DNA of 64,000 nt from Candidatus Cloacimonadales bacterium. GTDB taxonomy: Bacteria > Cloacimonadota > Cloacimonadia > Cloacimonadales > JAIOQZ01. Position numbers and translations under genes: made by a program. Location of the stretch: positions 1,952,001 to 2,016,000 of the forward strand of contig CAXXTU010000002.1 of assembly GCA_963662655.2 (NCBI GenBank), in the 5' to 3' direction. The notes under the pieces are model-generated. The model saw nothing but the letters and a program-made list of their open reading frames with translations. It made no database searches and was not told the origin of the DNA. Of this stretch, positions 10,595-18,429 are shown one piece after another; position 1 is the stretch's first letter, and every line of letters begins with the position of its first letter.

Positions 10595-10906
10595 ATGGCT
10601 ATAACAGCTTTAACGAACGACAATTTCGCCAAATCAATCGAAACCGGCGTTTCGGTTGTCGATTTCTGGGCGCCCTGGTGCGGACCGTGCCGTATGATCG
10701 AGCCAGCGGTCAAAGAGTTGTCGGAAGAAATACCTGAAGCGAACTTCTATAAAGTCAATGTGGACGAGGCACAGCAGATCGCCGTACAATTCGGCGTTAT
10801 GAGCATCCCGACCATCATTATTTTCAAAGACGGCGAAGTGATAGATACCACCGTCGGCGTTGTCCCGAAAGGACACCTCAAGGATAAAATCAAGTCTTTC
10901 ATCTAA
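10595..10906 (+). CDS. trxA: Thioredoxin
   Basis: VDFWAPWCGPC, SIPT; GGAGG RBS before ATG 10595. Confidence 0.95.
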   Translation: MAITALTNDNFAKSIETGVSVVDFWAPWCGPCRMIEPAVKELSEEIPEANFYKVNVDEAQQIAVQFGVMSIPTIIIFKDGEVIDTTVGVVPKGHLKDKIKSFI

Positions 10907-10924
10907 TTGATTTTCACAGATAGA

Positions 10925-10960
10925 AACGGCGCTATCGTTGAGATCGCGCCGTTCTTTATT
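10925..10960 (+). terminator. Probable intrinsic terminator of trxA
   Basis: AACGGCGC/GCGCCGTT stem followed by CTTTATTT. Confidence 0.6.
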
Positions 10961-10994
10961 TCATTTCAAAGCGGAATTGCTTGCAAAATCCCAA

Positions 10995-11228
10995 GGTGGG
11001 CTCAGATTCGTTCGATCTGCCGCGCAGGCGTGGTGTTACACGTCTAATTTCGGCTTTCACGAAGTGAAAACGAAATCATGCAGGAAGCACGAAGTGCTGG
11101 AGTCGGCTTTCACGAAGTGAAAACGAAATCATGAGCGTTGTGATTTCGTATAACGAAATCATGTTAGCGAACAATTGGGCGTCTTATATCCACGACGGAG
11201 TGGTGCGATCGGGCGAAGATGACCCACC
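10995..11228 (+). repeat. Palindromic intergenic element, family A copy 1, with an internal 31-bp direct repeat
   Basis: Ends CAGATTCGTTCGATC...GATCGGGCGAAGATG are shared with 33332-33447 and 38169-38281; TCGGCTTTCACGAAGTGAAAACGAAATCATG occurs at 11050-11080 and 11103-11133. Confidence 0.75.
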
Positions 11229-11248
11229 GTCGCGAGCCAGCTCGTTAC

Positions 11249-12076
11249 CTAATCGCCCTTCTTCTCCAGTTGTTTTTTGAAGAAATCCACTGCACGATTG
11301 ATTTCCGCAATCCCCCTGTTCACCGAACCGATGTAGTAGTTCACGGCGATATCTGCCGGATCCCCGTCCTGATGATGATCGGGAAGATCGATGCCATACG
11401 AATACAGCATATCCTGATCGCCCACCAGACGCTTGCGCATCTCGAGCGCACCATGATGCTCCGGATCGAGCTTTAGAACCTGATTGAAGCAGGCCAGCGA
11501 TTTCTCCAGTTCCTTCACGCCCAGATATGAAAGCCCAAGGTGGTACTGCACGGAAACGATGGTCGGGTCCTCTTCGATAATTGCCTCAAAGCATTCGATT
11601 GCCTGCTTGTAGAAGCCGGCCGCCTTGCTGGCGACACCAAGCTGGTAGTAACCAAGCGTGGCGTTGTCGCTACGTTCTTGCAGATGCTTGTATGAATCGA
11701 TGCTTTTCTGCAATCTGCCCGTATGATAATAGGACAATCCAAGCCAGTAATGGGCAAGATAGATTTCGGGGTTGAGCTTGACGATCCGCTTGAATATCGT
11801 GATCGCTTTATCGAATCTCGTCGAGCGGAAGTAACCGATACCCAACCTGTACATCGCCAGGACATCGTTCGGCTGCTTTTCGATAACATACTCGTAAAGC
11901 TCGTTCGCCTTCTTCATGTTTCCCAAAATGTAATACAGATCAGCCAGGCTAATTCGAATATCGATCCGTTTGGGTTCGATATCAAGCACCTCATGATATA
12001 CCTTTACCGCATCGGATATCTTACCTTCCATCTTGAGCTGCAATGCCTTCTCGAGAAGTGTATTGATTTGATTCAT
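11249..12076 (-). CDS. Tetratricopeptide repeat protein
   Basis: About 6 TPRs (AHYWLGLSYY, GYYQLGVAS, VQYHLGLSYL); start 12076 chosen for the GGAAGG RBS (ORF track gives 12112). Confidence 0.85.
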   Translation of the reverse strand: MNQINTLLEKALQLKMEGKISDAVKVYHEVLDIEPKRIDIRISLADLYYILGNMKKANELYEYVIEKQPNDVLAMYRLGIGYFRSTRFDKAITIFKRIVKLNPEIYLAHYWLGLSYYHTGRLQKSIDSYKHLQERSDNATLGYYQLGVASKAAGFYKQAIECFEAIIEEDPTIVSVQYHLGLSYLGVKELEKSLACFNQVLKLDPEHHGALEMRKRLVGDQDMLYSYGIDLPDHHQDGDPADIAVNYYIGSVNRGIAEINRAVDFFKKQLEKKGD

Positions 12077-12397
12077 TGTATCCCGCCTTCCATCTTTTTC
12101 GATATTATGCATGTATTCGAGAAATCTGTAAAGAAAAAAAACGAATCAAACCCAGTAATCTTGGATAAGACATTTTCATTGACGGTTTTTCGTAATTGGA
12201 TTTCTTTTGCGTTGAATTAAAATTAGGAGCTGAAGGAATGAAAAAAAGCAATAGCTGCCCATTTTCCACCCTCTTCGCTCTTTCTCTATCCTTACTCCCC
12301 TGAGGGGGATAATAAACAACTCATCTACGTTCCCGTTTCCCATCATGAAATCAAAGAAGATGATATAAAACAATGATATAAATACGGAGGATTTTTC

Positions 12398-14872
12398 ATG
12401 GAGTATCCTTTCCACGAAATCGAAAAAAAATGGCAGAAGATATGGATCGATAAAGGTATCTTCAATGCTACCGACTGCTCGGATAAAGAGAAGTACTTCG
12501 TTCTCTCCATGTTCCCCTATCCCTCGGGGAAACTGCACATGGGTCACGTATCCAATTACTCGATCGGCGACGCGGTTGCCCGTTACAAAATGATGGAAGG
12601 TTACAACGTCATGCAGCCCATGGGATACGACTCTTTCGGCATGCCTGCGGAGAACTTCGCCATCCAGCATAATTCACATCCACGGCTGACCACGGAAGAC
12701 AACATCGACATCATGCGCGGCCAGTTCAATTCCATGGGCTTCGGATTCGATTGGGACCGTGAAGTCAGCACTTGCCGCCCCAACTACTACAAATGGGGAC
12801 AGTGGCTTTTCAAGCGGATGTACGAGAAAGGCCTCGTCTATCGTAAAAAATCGTTCGTCAACTGGTGTGACGACTGCCAGACCGTTCTCGCGAACGAGCA
12901 GGTGGAAGACGGCGCTTGCTGGCGTTGCGGAAAAGAAGTGAAGCAAAAGGAAATGATGCAGTGGTTCTTCCGCATCACCGAATACGCCGAGCAACTTCTC
13001 GACTTCTCGGGAATGATCGACTGGCCGGAGCGCGTAATCACCATGCAGAAAAACTGGATCGGTAAAAGCTACGGAACGGAGATCGTATTCCCGCTGGAAG
13101 AAGGCGAAGGCGATATCCCCGTTTTCACCACCCGTCCCGACACGATCTACGGCGTTACCTTCATGGCTCTTCCTCCCGAGCATCACCTTGTGCGCAAGTG
13201 GCTCGAAGAGGAGAAAGAAGGCTCCGACATGGCCGCTTTCTGCGACAAGGTCTTGAAAGAAGACAAAGCGGAACGCTCGGCAGACGACACGGTGAAAGAG
13301 GGAGTCTTCACCGGTAGATATTGCATCAATCCGCTCAATGGCGACAAAGTCCAGATATGGGTAACGAACTACGTGCTCATGGAGTACGGTACCGGCGCTG
13401 TCATGGCCGTTCCCGCGCACGATCAGCGTGACTGGGAATTCGCGGCGAAGTATGATATCCCCGTCAAAATCGTCATCCAGAACCCGGAAGAAGAGCTCGT
13501 TCTCGATAACATGACCTGCGCATACACCGAGCCGGGCGTTATGGTTGCCTCCAAGCAATTCGACGGCATGAAAAGCACGGATGCGATCACGGAAATCTCG
13601 AAGTACATCGAAGCGGAAAACATGGGCAAGCGAACCGAGAGTTACCGCCTGCGCGACTGGGGAATCTCCCGTCAGCGTTATTGGGGAAATCCCATCCCGA
13701 TCATCCACTGCGATCAATGCGGCACCGTGCTGGTTCCGGACGAAGACCTCCCGGTCCTGCTTCCGGACGACGTTCAGGTCGGGAAGACCAAGCAAAATCC
13801 ACTGCTTTCGGCGGAAGCGTGGCTCAACACTACCTGCCCGAAATGCGGCGGAGCGGCCAAGCGCGAGACCGACACGATGGATACGTTCGTCGATAGCTCA
13901 TGGTATTTCGCGCGCTACACGGACGCACTGAACGACGATCAGCCCTTCTCCAAGGAGAACGCGGACTACTGGCTGCCCATCGATCAATACATCGGCGGCA
14001 TCGAGCACGCCTGCATGCACTTGTTGTATGCCAGGTTCTTCCACAAATTCATGCGGGACATCGGTCTTGTTTCCTGCGATGAGCCGTTCTCTCGTCTTTT
14101 AACCCAGGGAATGGTGATCAAGGACGGGGCCAAGATGTCCAAGTCGAAGGGCAACATGGTCGATCCAGGCGATTACATCGATCGCTACGGGGCAGACACT
14201 GTGAGGTTGTTCATGCTCTTCGCGTCGCCACCGGAAAAGGATGTCGAGTGGAACGACGAAGGCGTTGTCGGCGCATTCCGTTTCCTGAATCGCATCTGGC
14301 GGTTGGTTGAACAAAACCTGCACATCGTGAAGAAATTCCATAAGCATTACGCAGAGGATATCGAGATATCCAGGGATATCAAAGAGCTGCGTTACAGCAC
14401 GCATTTCACAATAAAGAAAGTGAACGAGGACATACGCGAAAGAATGCACTTCAACACTGCGATTGCGGCGGTTATGGAGCACCTGAACAACGTTTCTTCC
14501 ATCAAGGTGGAGAACCTGACCGACAATGAAAAGGTCATTTTCGCTGAAGCGATTGCGGTAATCCCCAGGCTTCTCTACCCCTTCACGCCACACATCTGCG
14601 AAGAGCTGTGGAAGATGATGGGGGGGACCTCCTTGCTTCACAAAGTGGGAATCATCGAGCACATCGAGAAGTTCCTGGTCAAAGACGAGATTACTTACCC
14701 AATCCAGATTATGGGCAAGCTGCGCGGCAAGCTGGACGTTCCCGCCAGCACCCCGATCGAAGAGATCAAAAAACTCGCGCTGGAAGTCGATAATGTGCAA
14801 AAGCACATCGAGGGCAAGACGGTCCGCAAGGTTATTGTTGTCCCCAATAAGCTTGTCAGCATTGTCGTGTAA
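12398..14872 (+). CDS. leuS: Leucine--tRNA ligase
   Basis: MFPYPSGKLHMGH, editing domain (GTGAVMAVPAHD), KMSKS. Confidence 0.98.
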   Translation: MEYPFHEIEKKWQKIWIDKGIFNATDCSDKEKYFVLSMFPYPSGKLHMGHVSNYSIGDAVARYKMMEGYNVMQPMGYDSFGMPAENFAIQHNSHPRLTTEDNIDIMRGQFNSMGFGFDWDREVSTCRPNYYKWGQWLFKRMYEKGLVYRKKSFVNWCDDCQTVLANEQVEDGACWRCGKEVKQKEMMQWFFRITEYAEQLLDFSGMIDWPERVITMQKNWIGKSYGTEIVFPLEEGEGDIPVFTTRPDTIYGVTFMALPPEHHLVRKWLEEEKEGSDMAAFCDKVLKEDKAERSADDTVKEGVFTGRYCINPLNGDKVQIWVTNYVLMEYGTGAVMAVPAHDQRDWEFAAKYDIPVKIVIQNPEEELVLDNMTCAYTEPGVMVASKQFDGMKSTDAITEISKYIEAENMGKRTESYRLRDWGISRQRYWGNPIPIIHCDQCGTVLVPDEDLPVLLPDDVQVGKTKQNPLLSAEAWLNTTCPKCGGAAKRETDTMDTFVDSSWYFARYTDALNDDQPFSKENADYWLPIDQYIGGIEHACMHLLYARFFHKFMRDIGLVSCDEPFSRLLTQGMVIKDGAKMSKSKGNMVDPGDYIDRYGADTVRLFMLFASPPEKDVEWNDEGVVGAFRFLNRIWRLVEQNLHIVKKFHKHYAEDIEISRDIKELRYSTHFTIKKVNEDIRERMHFNTAIAAVMEHLNNVSSIKVENLTDNEKVIFAEAIAVIPRLLYPFTPHICEELWKMMGGTSLLHKVGIIEHIEKFLVKDEITYPIQIMGKLRGKLDVPASTPIEEIKKLALEVDNVQKHIEGKTVRKVIVVPNKLVSIVV

Positions 14873-14894
14873 TTCAATAGATAGCCTTTTCTTC

Positions 14895-14923
14895 AGCCAC
14901 CGGAAAACCGGTGGCTTCCTTTT
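14895..14923 (+). terminator. Intrinsic terminator of leuS
   Basis: AGCCACCGG-AAAA-CCGGTGGCT followed by TCCTTTT. Confidence 0.75.
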
Positions 14924-14948
14924 CGATGCGAGTCGAACGCCCGACTCA

Positions 14949-15057
14949 GCGCGGGGCGGCGTGTTTGCAAGGCAAACAAGACCGCGTTCATGCTGTCACT
15001 TACCAAACAGCATGAACGCGTTCTCTGGAAGCGTACGCTTCCAACGCCGCCCCGCGC
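14949..15057. repeat. Four-way-junction palindromic element, family B copy 1
   Basis: Closing stem GCGCGGGGCGGCGT/ACGCCGCCCCGCGC with three contiguous hairpins; inverted homologue at 20433-20550. Confidence 0.75.
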
Positions 15058-15210
15058 GGGAGCGCATCTCTCAACGACTCTCAACCGGGGCTCGAGAAAA
15101 TCCCGAATCGCTTAACTCATATTTAACACACACAAACTTCGAACAATTAAAAAATTGACAGACGAAATTGCGTTCACAATTTTGCAAAAAAATAAGAATG
15201 GAGCTTTCGC

Positions 15211-15771
15211 ATGAGGAAACGGGTATCATTTCGTCCGGCAGTTATCAAATGCTTGCTTTTCTCACTCGTGCTTATCGTGCTCCTATCGTGCGCTCTCGAA
15301 GAAGAAATGCCGGTGCTGTACCATGTACCGTCCGGTTTTGAGACCTACCAGCTCGATTTCACGCCCTACACGAACAAGGGCTTCCTCTTCACGCCGCGCA
15401 GTTACAGCGGAAAATACAATTCTGTCGGACTCCTGGAATTCGATTACAACACGGAAGCGAATCTTGTCGAGATGACGCTGAACGAACTCACCGAGGAAGC
15501 GAGAAACGCCGGCCTGACTCCCATCACTTGTCTGATGTGGGAAGTTGAAGACCTCGATTATCAGGTGGTTCTCGATTACGCCTACCGCAAAGCGCTACAG
15601 ATGGGCGGCGACGCGATCGTGAGTTTCAAGCTGACCGCCGACACCAAAACACTCGTGAATCCAATCGATTATCCATCGGTCGAGATACCGGTCGTTCACG
15701 TGTCCGGATTTGTAATCAAACGGCATTATCCCTATCACACTGAGCCCTTACCGGATGAGCCGGAGGAGTAA
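15211..15771 (+). CDS. Hypothetical lipoprotein (weak YbjQ/heavy-metal-binding-like fold)
   Basis: Lipobox VLLSC; AYRKALQMGGDAIVSF segment. Confidence 0.6.
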   Translation: MRKRVSFRPAVIKCLLFSLVLIVLLSCALEEEMPVLYHVPSGFETYQLDFTPYTNKGFLFTPRSYSGKYNSVGLLEFDYNTEANLVEMTLNELTEEARNAGLTPITCLMWEVEDLDYQVVLDYAYRKALQMGGDAIVSFKLTADTKTLVNPIDYPSVEIPVVHVSGFVIKRHYPYHTEPLPDEPEE

Positions 15772-15851
15772 CGAAATGATCAGATAGCACGCATGTAAAA
15801 CGTATCGAGACGTATAACCTGGCGATGTTCCGGCTGAAAAAGGAGCAAATA

Positions 15852-16778
15852 ATGAAGTACGAAATCCGTATGTTCAAGAACCAAGCCGATTACGACGTTT
15901 TGAGGAAATTCCTCCGCGATACTTTTGTCATGAATGGCTATCTGGAAAAAAACTGGAGCGTTCAACGCCTGGACTACCTCTACTGGCATGGATGGAAAAA
16001 CTGCATGGAGATACTGCCCGAGCAGGGAGCGCAACTCATCTGCGATGCAAACGGTACCCTGATCGGCGCGAACCTCATGGAAGGATTCGGAGTCGTCTAC
16101 ATGCAAACGCATCCCGAGTACATATCCCGGGAGCTACTCCAGTTCATGATAGAAAATGCGGAGAAAGCGCTCTTCAAATCATTCCCCGACAACGTGAGAA
16201 AGATCGTAATCTGGTGCGAACAAACCGACACACTGAAACAGGACGTTCTCTTCGAGCGTGGCTACGAAAAGAAGTCCTGGAACGATCGTTGCGGACGAAT
16301 CAGGCTCTCAGATATCGAACCCAAACCAATAATCCCCAGAGGTTTCACGATCCGCGCCCAAGGGGACATCGAAGAGACTCCCGCCCGAAGTTGGGCCTCG
16401 TGGCGCGCATTCCATCCCGATGACCCGGCCGAAAACTACCAGGGCTGGCAGTGGTACAGAAACATTCAGAGATCGCCGCTCTATCGACGTGACCTGGATA
16501 TCGTATCCGTTAAGGATGATGGAAAAATCGTCGGATTCACCACCGTGTGGTACGACGATGTTCTCCGTACAGCCTATTTCGAACCGGTTGGTGTAATCCC
16601 CGAATACCATCGAAAGGGTCTTGCGACGGCCATGATCACCGAAGGGCTGCGAAGACTTAAAGAGATGGAAGCGACGTGGGCTTACCTCGGATCAAACGAG
16701 GAACCTGCCCATACCGTTTACGCCAAATGCGGATTCAAAGAAGCGCTTCGATCCAACGGGTGGCTGAGAATTCTCTGA
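15852..16778 (+). CDS. GNAT family N-acetyltransferase
   Basis: FEPVGVIPEYHRKGLA acetyl-CoA motif; AGGAG RBS before ATG 15852. Confidence 0.85.
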   Translation: MKYEIRMFKNQADYDVLRKFLRDTFVMNGYLEKNWSVQRLDYLYWHGWKNCMEILPEQGAQLICDANGTLIGANLMEGFGVVYMQTHPEYISRELLQFMIENAEKALFKSFPDNVRKIVIWCEQTDTLKQDVLFERGYEKKSWNDRCGRIRLSDIEPKPIIPRGFTIRAQGDIEETPARSWASWRAFHPDDPAENYQGWQWYRNIQRSPLYRRDLDIVSVKDDGKIVGFTTVWYDDVLRTAYFEPVGVIPEYHRKGLATAMITEGLRRLKEMEATWAYLGSNEEPAHTVYAKCGFKEALRSNGWLRIL

Positions 16779-16811
16779 GCAAGCCTGGAAAAGCAAACAT
16801 AGGATATAATG

Positions 16812-16847
16812 AAGGGCGAAAGTAAAAAACTTTCGCCCTTGTATTTC
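16812..16847 (+). terminator. Hairpin/terminator between the GNAT gene and selC
   Basis: AAGGGCGAAAG/CTTTCGCCCTT 11-bp stem. Confidence 0.55.
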
Positions 16848-16907
16848 ACAGTAACAAAGATTTTTCGTTGACGGAAGAAAAGCGATCTTCAAAAGTAACG
16901 CAACGTG

Positions 16908-17002
16908 CGGGAGGATGGATCTGGTGGTCCGGCTGGTCTGCAAAGCCAGTAGTGGGCGGATAAAACCGTCCGTGGCAGGTTCGATTCCTGCCCTCTCAGC
17001 CA
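16908..17002 (+). tRNA. selC: tRNA-Sec-type tRNA with non-canonical GCA (Cys) anticodon and 7/5 fold
   Basis: Acceptor CGGGAGG/CCTCTCA; D-arm (T)GGATC-TGGT-GGTCC(G); anticodon arm GCTGGT-CTGCAAA-GCCAGT; long variable arm GGGCGG/CCGTCC; T-arm GCAGG-TTCGATT-CCTGC; G73 and encoded CCA; directly upstream of selA-selB. Confidence 0.92.
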
Positions 17003-17031
17003 TTTTTCAACACTCAAACCAGGCGATGCGT

Positions 17032-18429
17032 ATGAAACAGGAAGAATTGAGAAAAATCCCCGGGGTCGATAAACTACTTACAGAACCATCCATCCAGAAT
17101 CTGGTACCGCAATTCGGTTTACCCATGGTGACGCAAGCGATCAGGCATATTCTGGATCAGGCGCGGCAGACCATCCTCGATGGCGGGAATGCCTCCAATC
17201 CCGAGACGTTGATCCGGGAGACAGAAGCGTTTTGCAAGCAAGCCGTTAAGCCATCGTTGATTCCCGTTATCAACGCGACGGGCGTGGTCATTCACACCAA
17301 TCTGGGCCGGGCACCTCTTGGCGAGTACGTTCTGCAGGAACTCACCCCCATCATCAAAGGGTACTCCAATCTCGAATACGACTTGTCCCAGGGAAAGCGC
17401 GGCAAGAGAGAGAGCCACATATCCAGGCTTCTGCGACAAGTGACGGAAGCGGAAGACGCGGTGGTCGTCAACAACAACGCTGCGGGACTCATGCTGAGCC
17501 TTAAAACGCTGGCCGAAGATAAGGAAGTGATCGTCTCTCGCGGCGAGCTGATCGAAATCGGCGGATCGTTCCGTCTGCCGGACATCATGGCCGCGAGCGG
17601 AGCGAAGATGGTTGAAGTCGGAACCACCAACAGGACGCGTATCAGCGATTACGAAAACGCGATCACTGATGATACTCGCGTGCTTCTCAAGGCACATCGT
17701 TCGAATTATTACATCGGGGGATTCACCGAGGAAGCGGAACTGGATGAGCTGGTCTCGCTAGCGAAGAAGCACAACCTTATTTTCATCTACGATATCGGCT
17801 CCGGCCTTTTGCGGAAACCGGAAGGACTTCCCCTTCAGAAAGAGCCGGATATCCTCAGCGCCATCAAGGCCGGTGTGGATATCGTCTGTTTCAGCGGCGA
17901 CAAGCTTCTGGGAGGCCCACAGGCGGGAATCATCGCCGGGAAACATGAATATGTCGGAAAAATCGCCAAAGCGCCCATGATGCGCGCGCTCCGCACGGGT
18001 AAAATGACGCTCGCGGCGCTCTCCGCAGTTATCCGGTGCTACATGGACGACGAAGCGCTGAAAATGAAACTCCCGCTTTTCCGCATGCTGAACCGTTCGC
18101 TGGAAGAGCTGCAACAAAACGCCGAATTTTTCACCCAAAAGCTTGCAGAGAAAGGCATCGCTTGCGAAATCGTGGCGAGCACCGCTTTTTGCGGCGGCGG
18201 AACCCTTCCCCATCTCGGCATTCCGAGCGTGGCGATAAATATCATTCCGCCAAGCCATAGTAAAACATGGGCTGAAGAAACGTGGTCGGCACTCATGCAA
18301 TCGGAGACGCCTGTCGTGGGCATATTGCGAGAAGGAAAGCTGCTTTTCGAGCTCTACACTTTGCAGACGGACGATTTTGACACCATCGCGAACGCTCTGG
18401 CCAAGATAAAGGATTGTACCTGCCCATGA
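17032..18429 (+). CDS. selA: L-seryl-tRNA(Sec) selenium transferase
   Basis: INATGVVIHTNLGRAPL, VVNNNAA, SRGELIEIGGSFR, FSGDKLLGGPQAG (PLP Lys); alternative start 17026; the ORF-track start at 16915 falls inside the tRNA. Confidence 0.96.
   Translation: MKQEELRKIPGVDKLLTEPSIQNLVPQFGLPMVTQAIRHILDQARQTILDGGNASNPETLIRETEAFCKQAVKPSLIPVINATGVVIHTNLGRAPLGEYVLQELTPIIKGYSNLEYDLSQGKRGKRESHISRLLRQVTEAEDAVVVNNNAAGLMLSLKTLAEDKEVIVSRGELIEIGGSFRLPDIMAASGAKMVEVGTTNRTRISDYENAITDDTRVLLKAHRSNYYIGGFTEEAELDELVSLAKKHNLIFIYDIGSGLLRKPEGLPLQKEPDILSAIKAGVDIVCFSGDKLLGGPQAGIIAGKHEYVGKIAKAPMMRALRTGKMTLAALSAVIRCYMDDEALKMKLPLFRMLNRSLEELQQNAEFFTQKLAEKGIACEIVASTAFCGGGTLPHLGIPSVAINIIPPSHSKTWAEETWSALMQSETPVVGILREGKLLFELYTLQTDDFDTIANALAKIKDCTCP

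Noticed and set aside
10676..10735. Thioredoxin WCGPC UGC codons as Sec-recoding sites
   Set aside because: No convincing SECIS-like hairpin downstream by eye; cannot be supported without a model of this organism's SECIS.
11050..11163. Mini CRISPR array
   Set aside because: Only two full repeats with a 22-nt self-complementary spacer, no cas genes, and it is nested in a larger palindrome.
11041..11170. Integron attC site (GTCTAAT...GTTAGCG)
   Set aside because: The R boxes are not properly complementary, there is no integrase or cassette array, and the other family A copies lack these boxes.
12180..12397. T-box riboswitch upstream of leuS
   Set aside because: No T-box consensus (GGTGGNACCGCG) or terminator/antiterminator pair is visible.
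16908..17002. Ordinary tRNA-Cys or selC*-type tRNA-Cys
   Set aside because: G73 rather than U73, a long variable arm, a Sec-type D-arm and linkage to full-length selA and selB favour a SerRS/SelA substrate; there is no cysS next to it.
16915..17031. N-terminal extension of SelA in the ORF track
   Set aside because: It overlaps the tRNA gene; the real start is 17026 or 17032.
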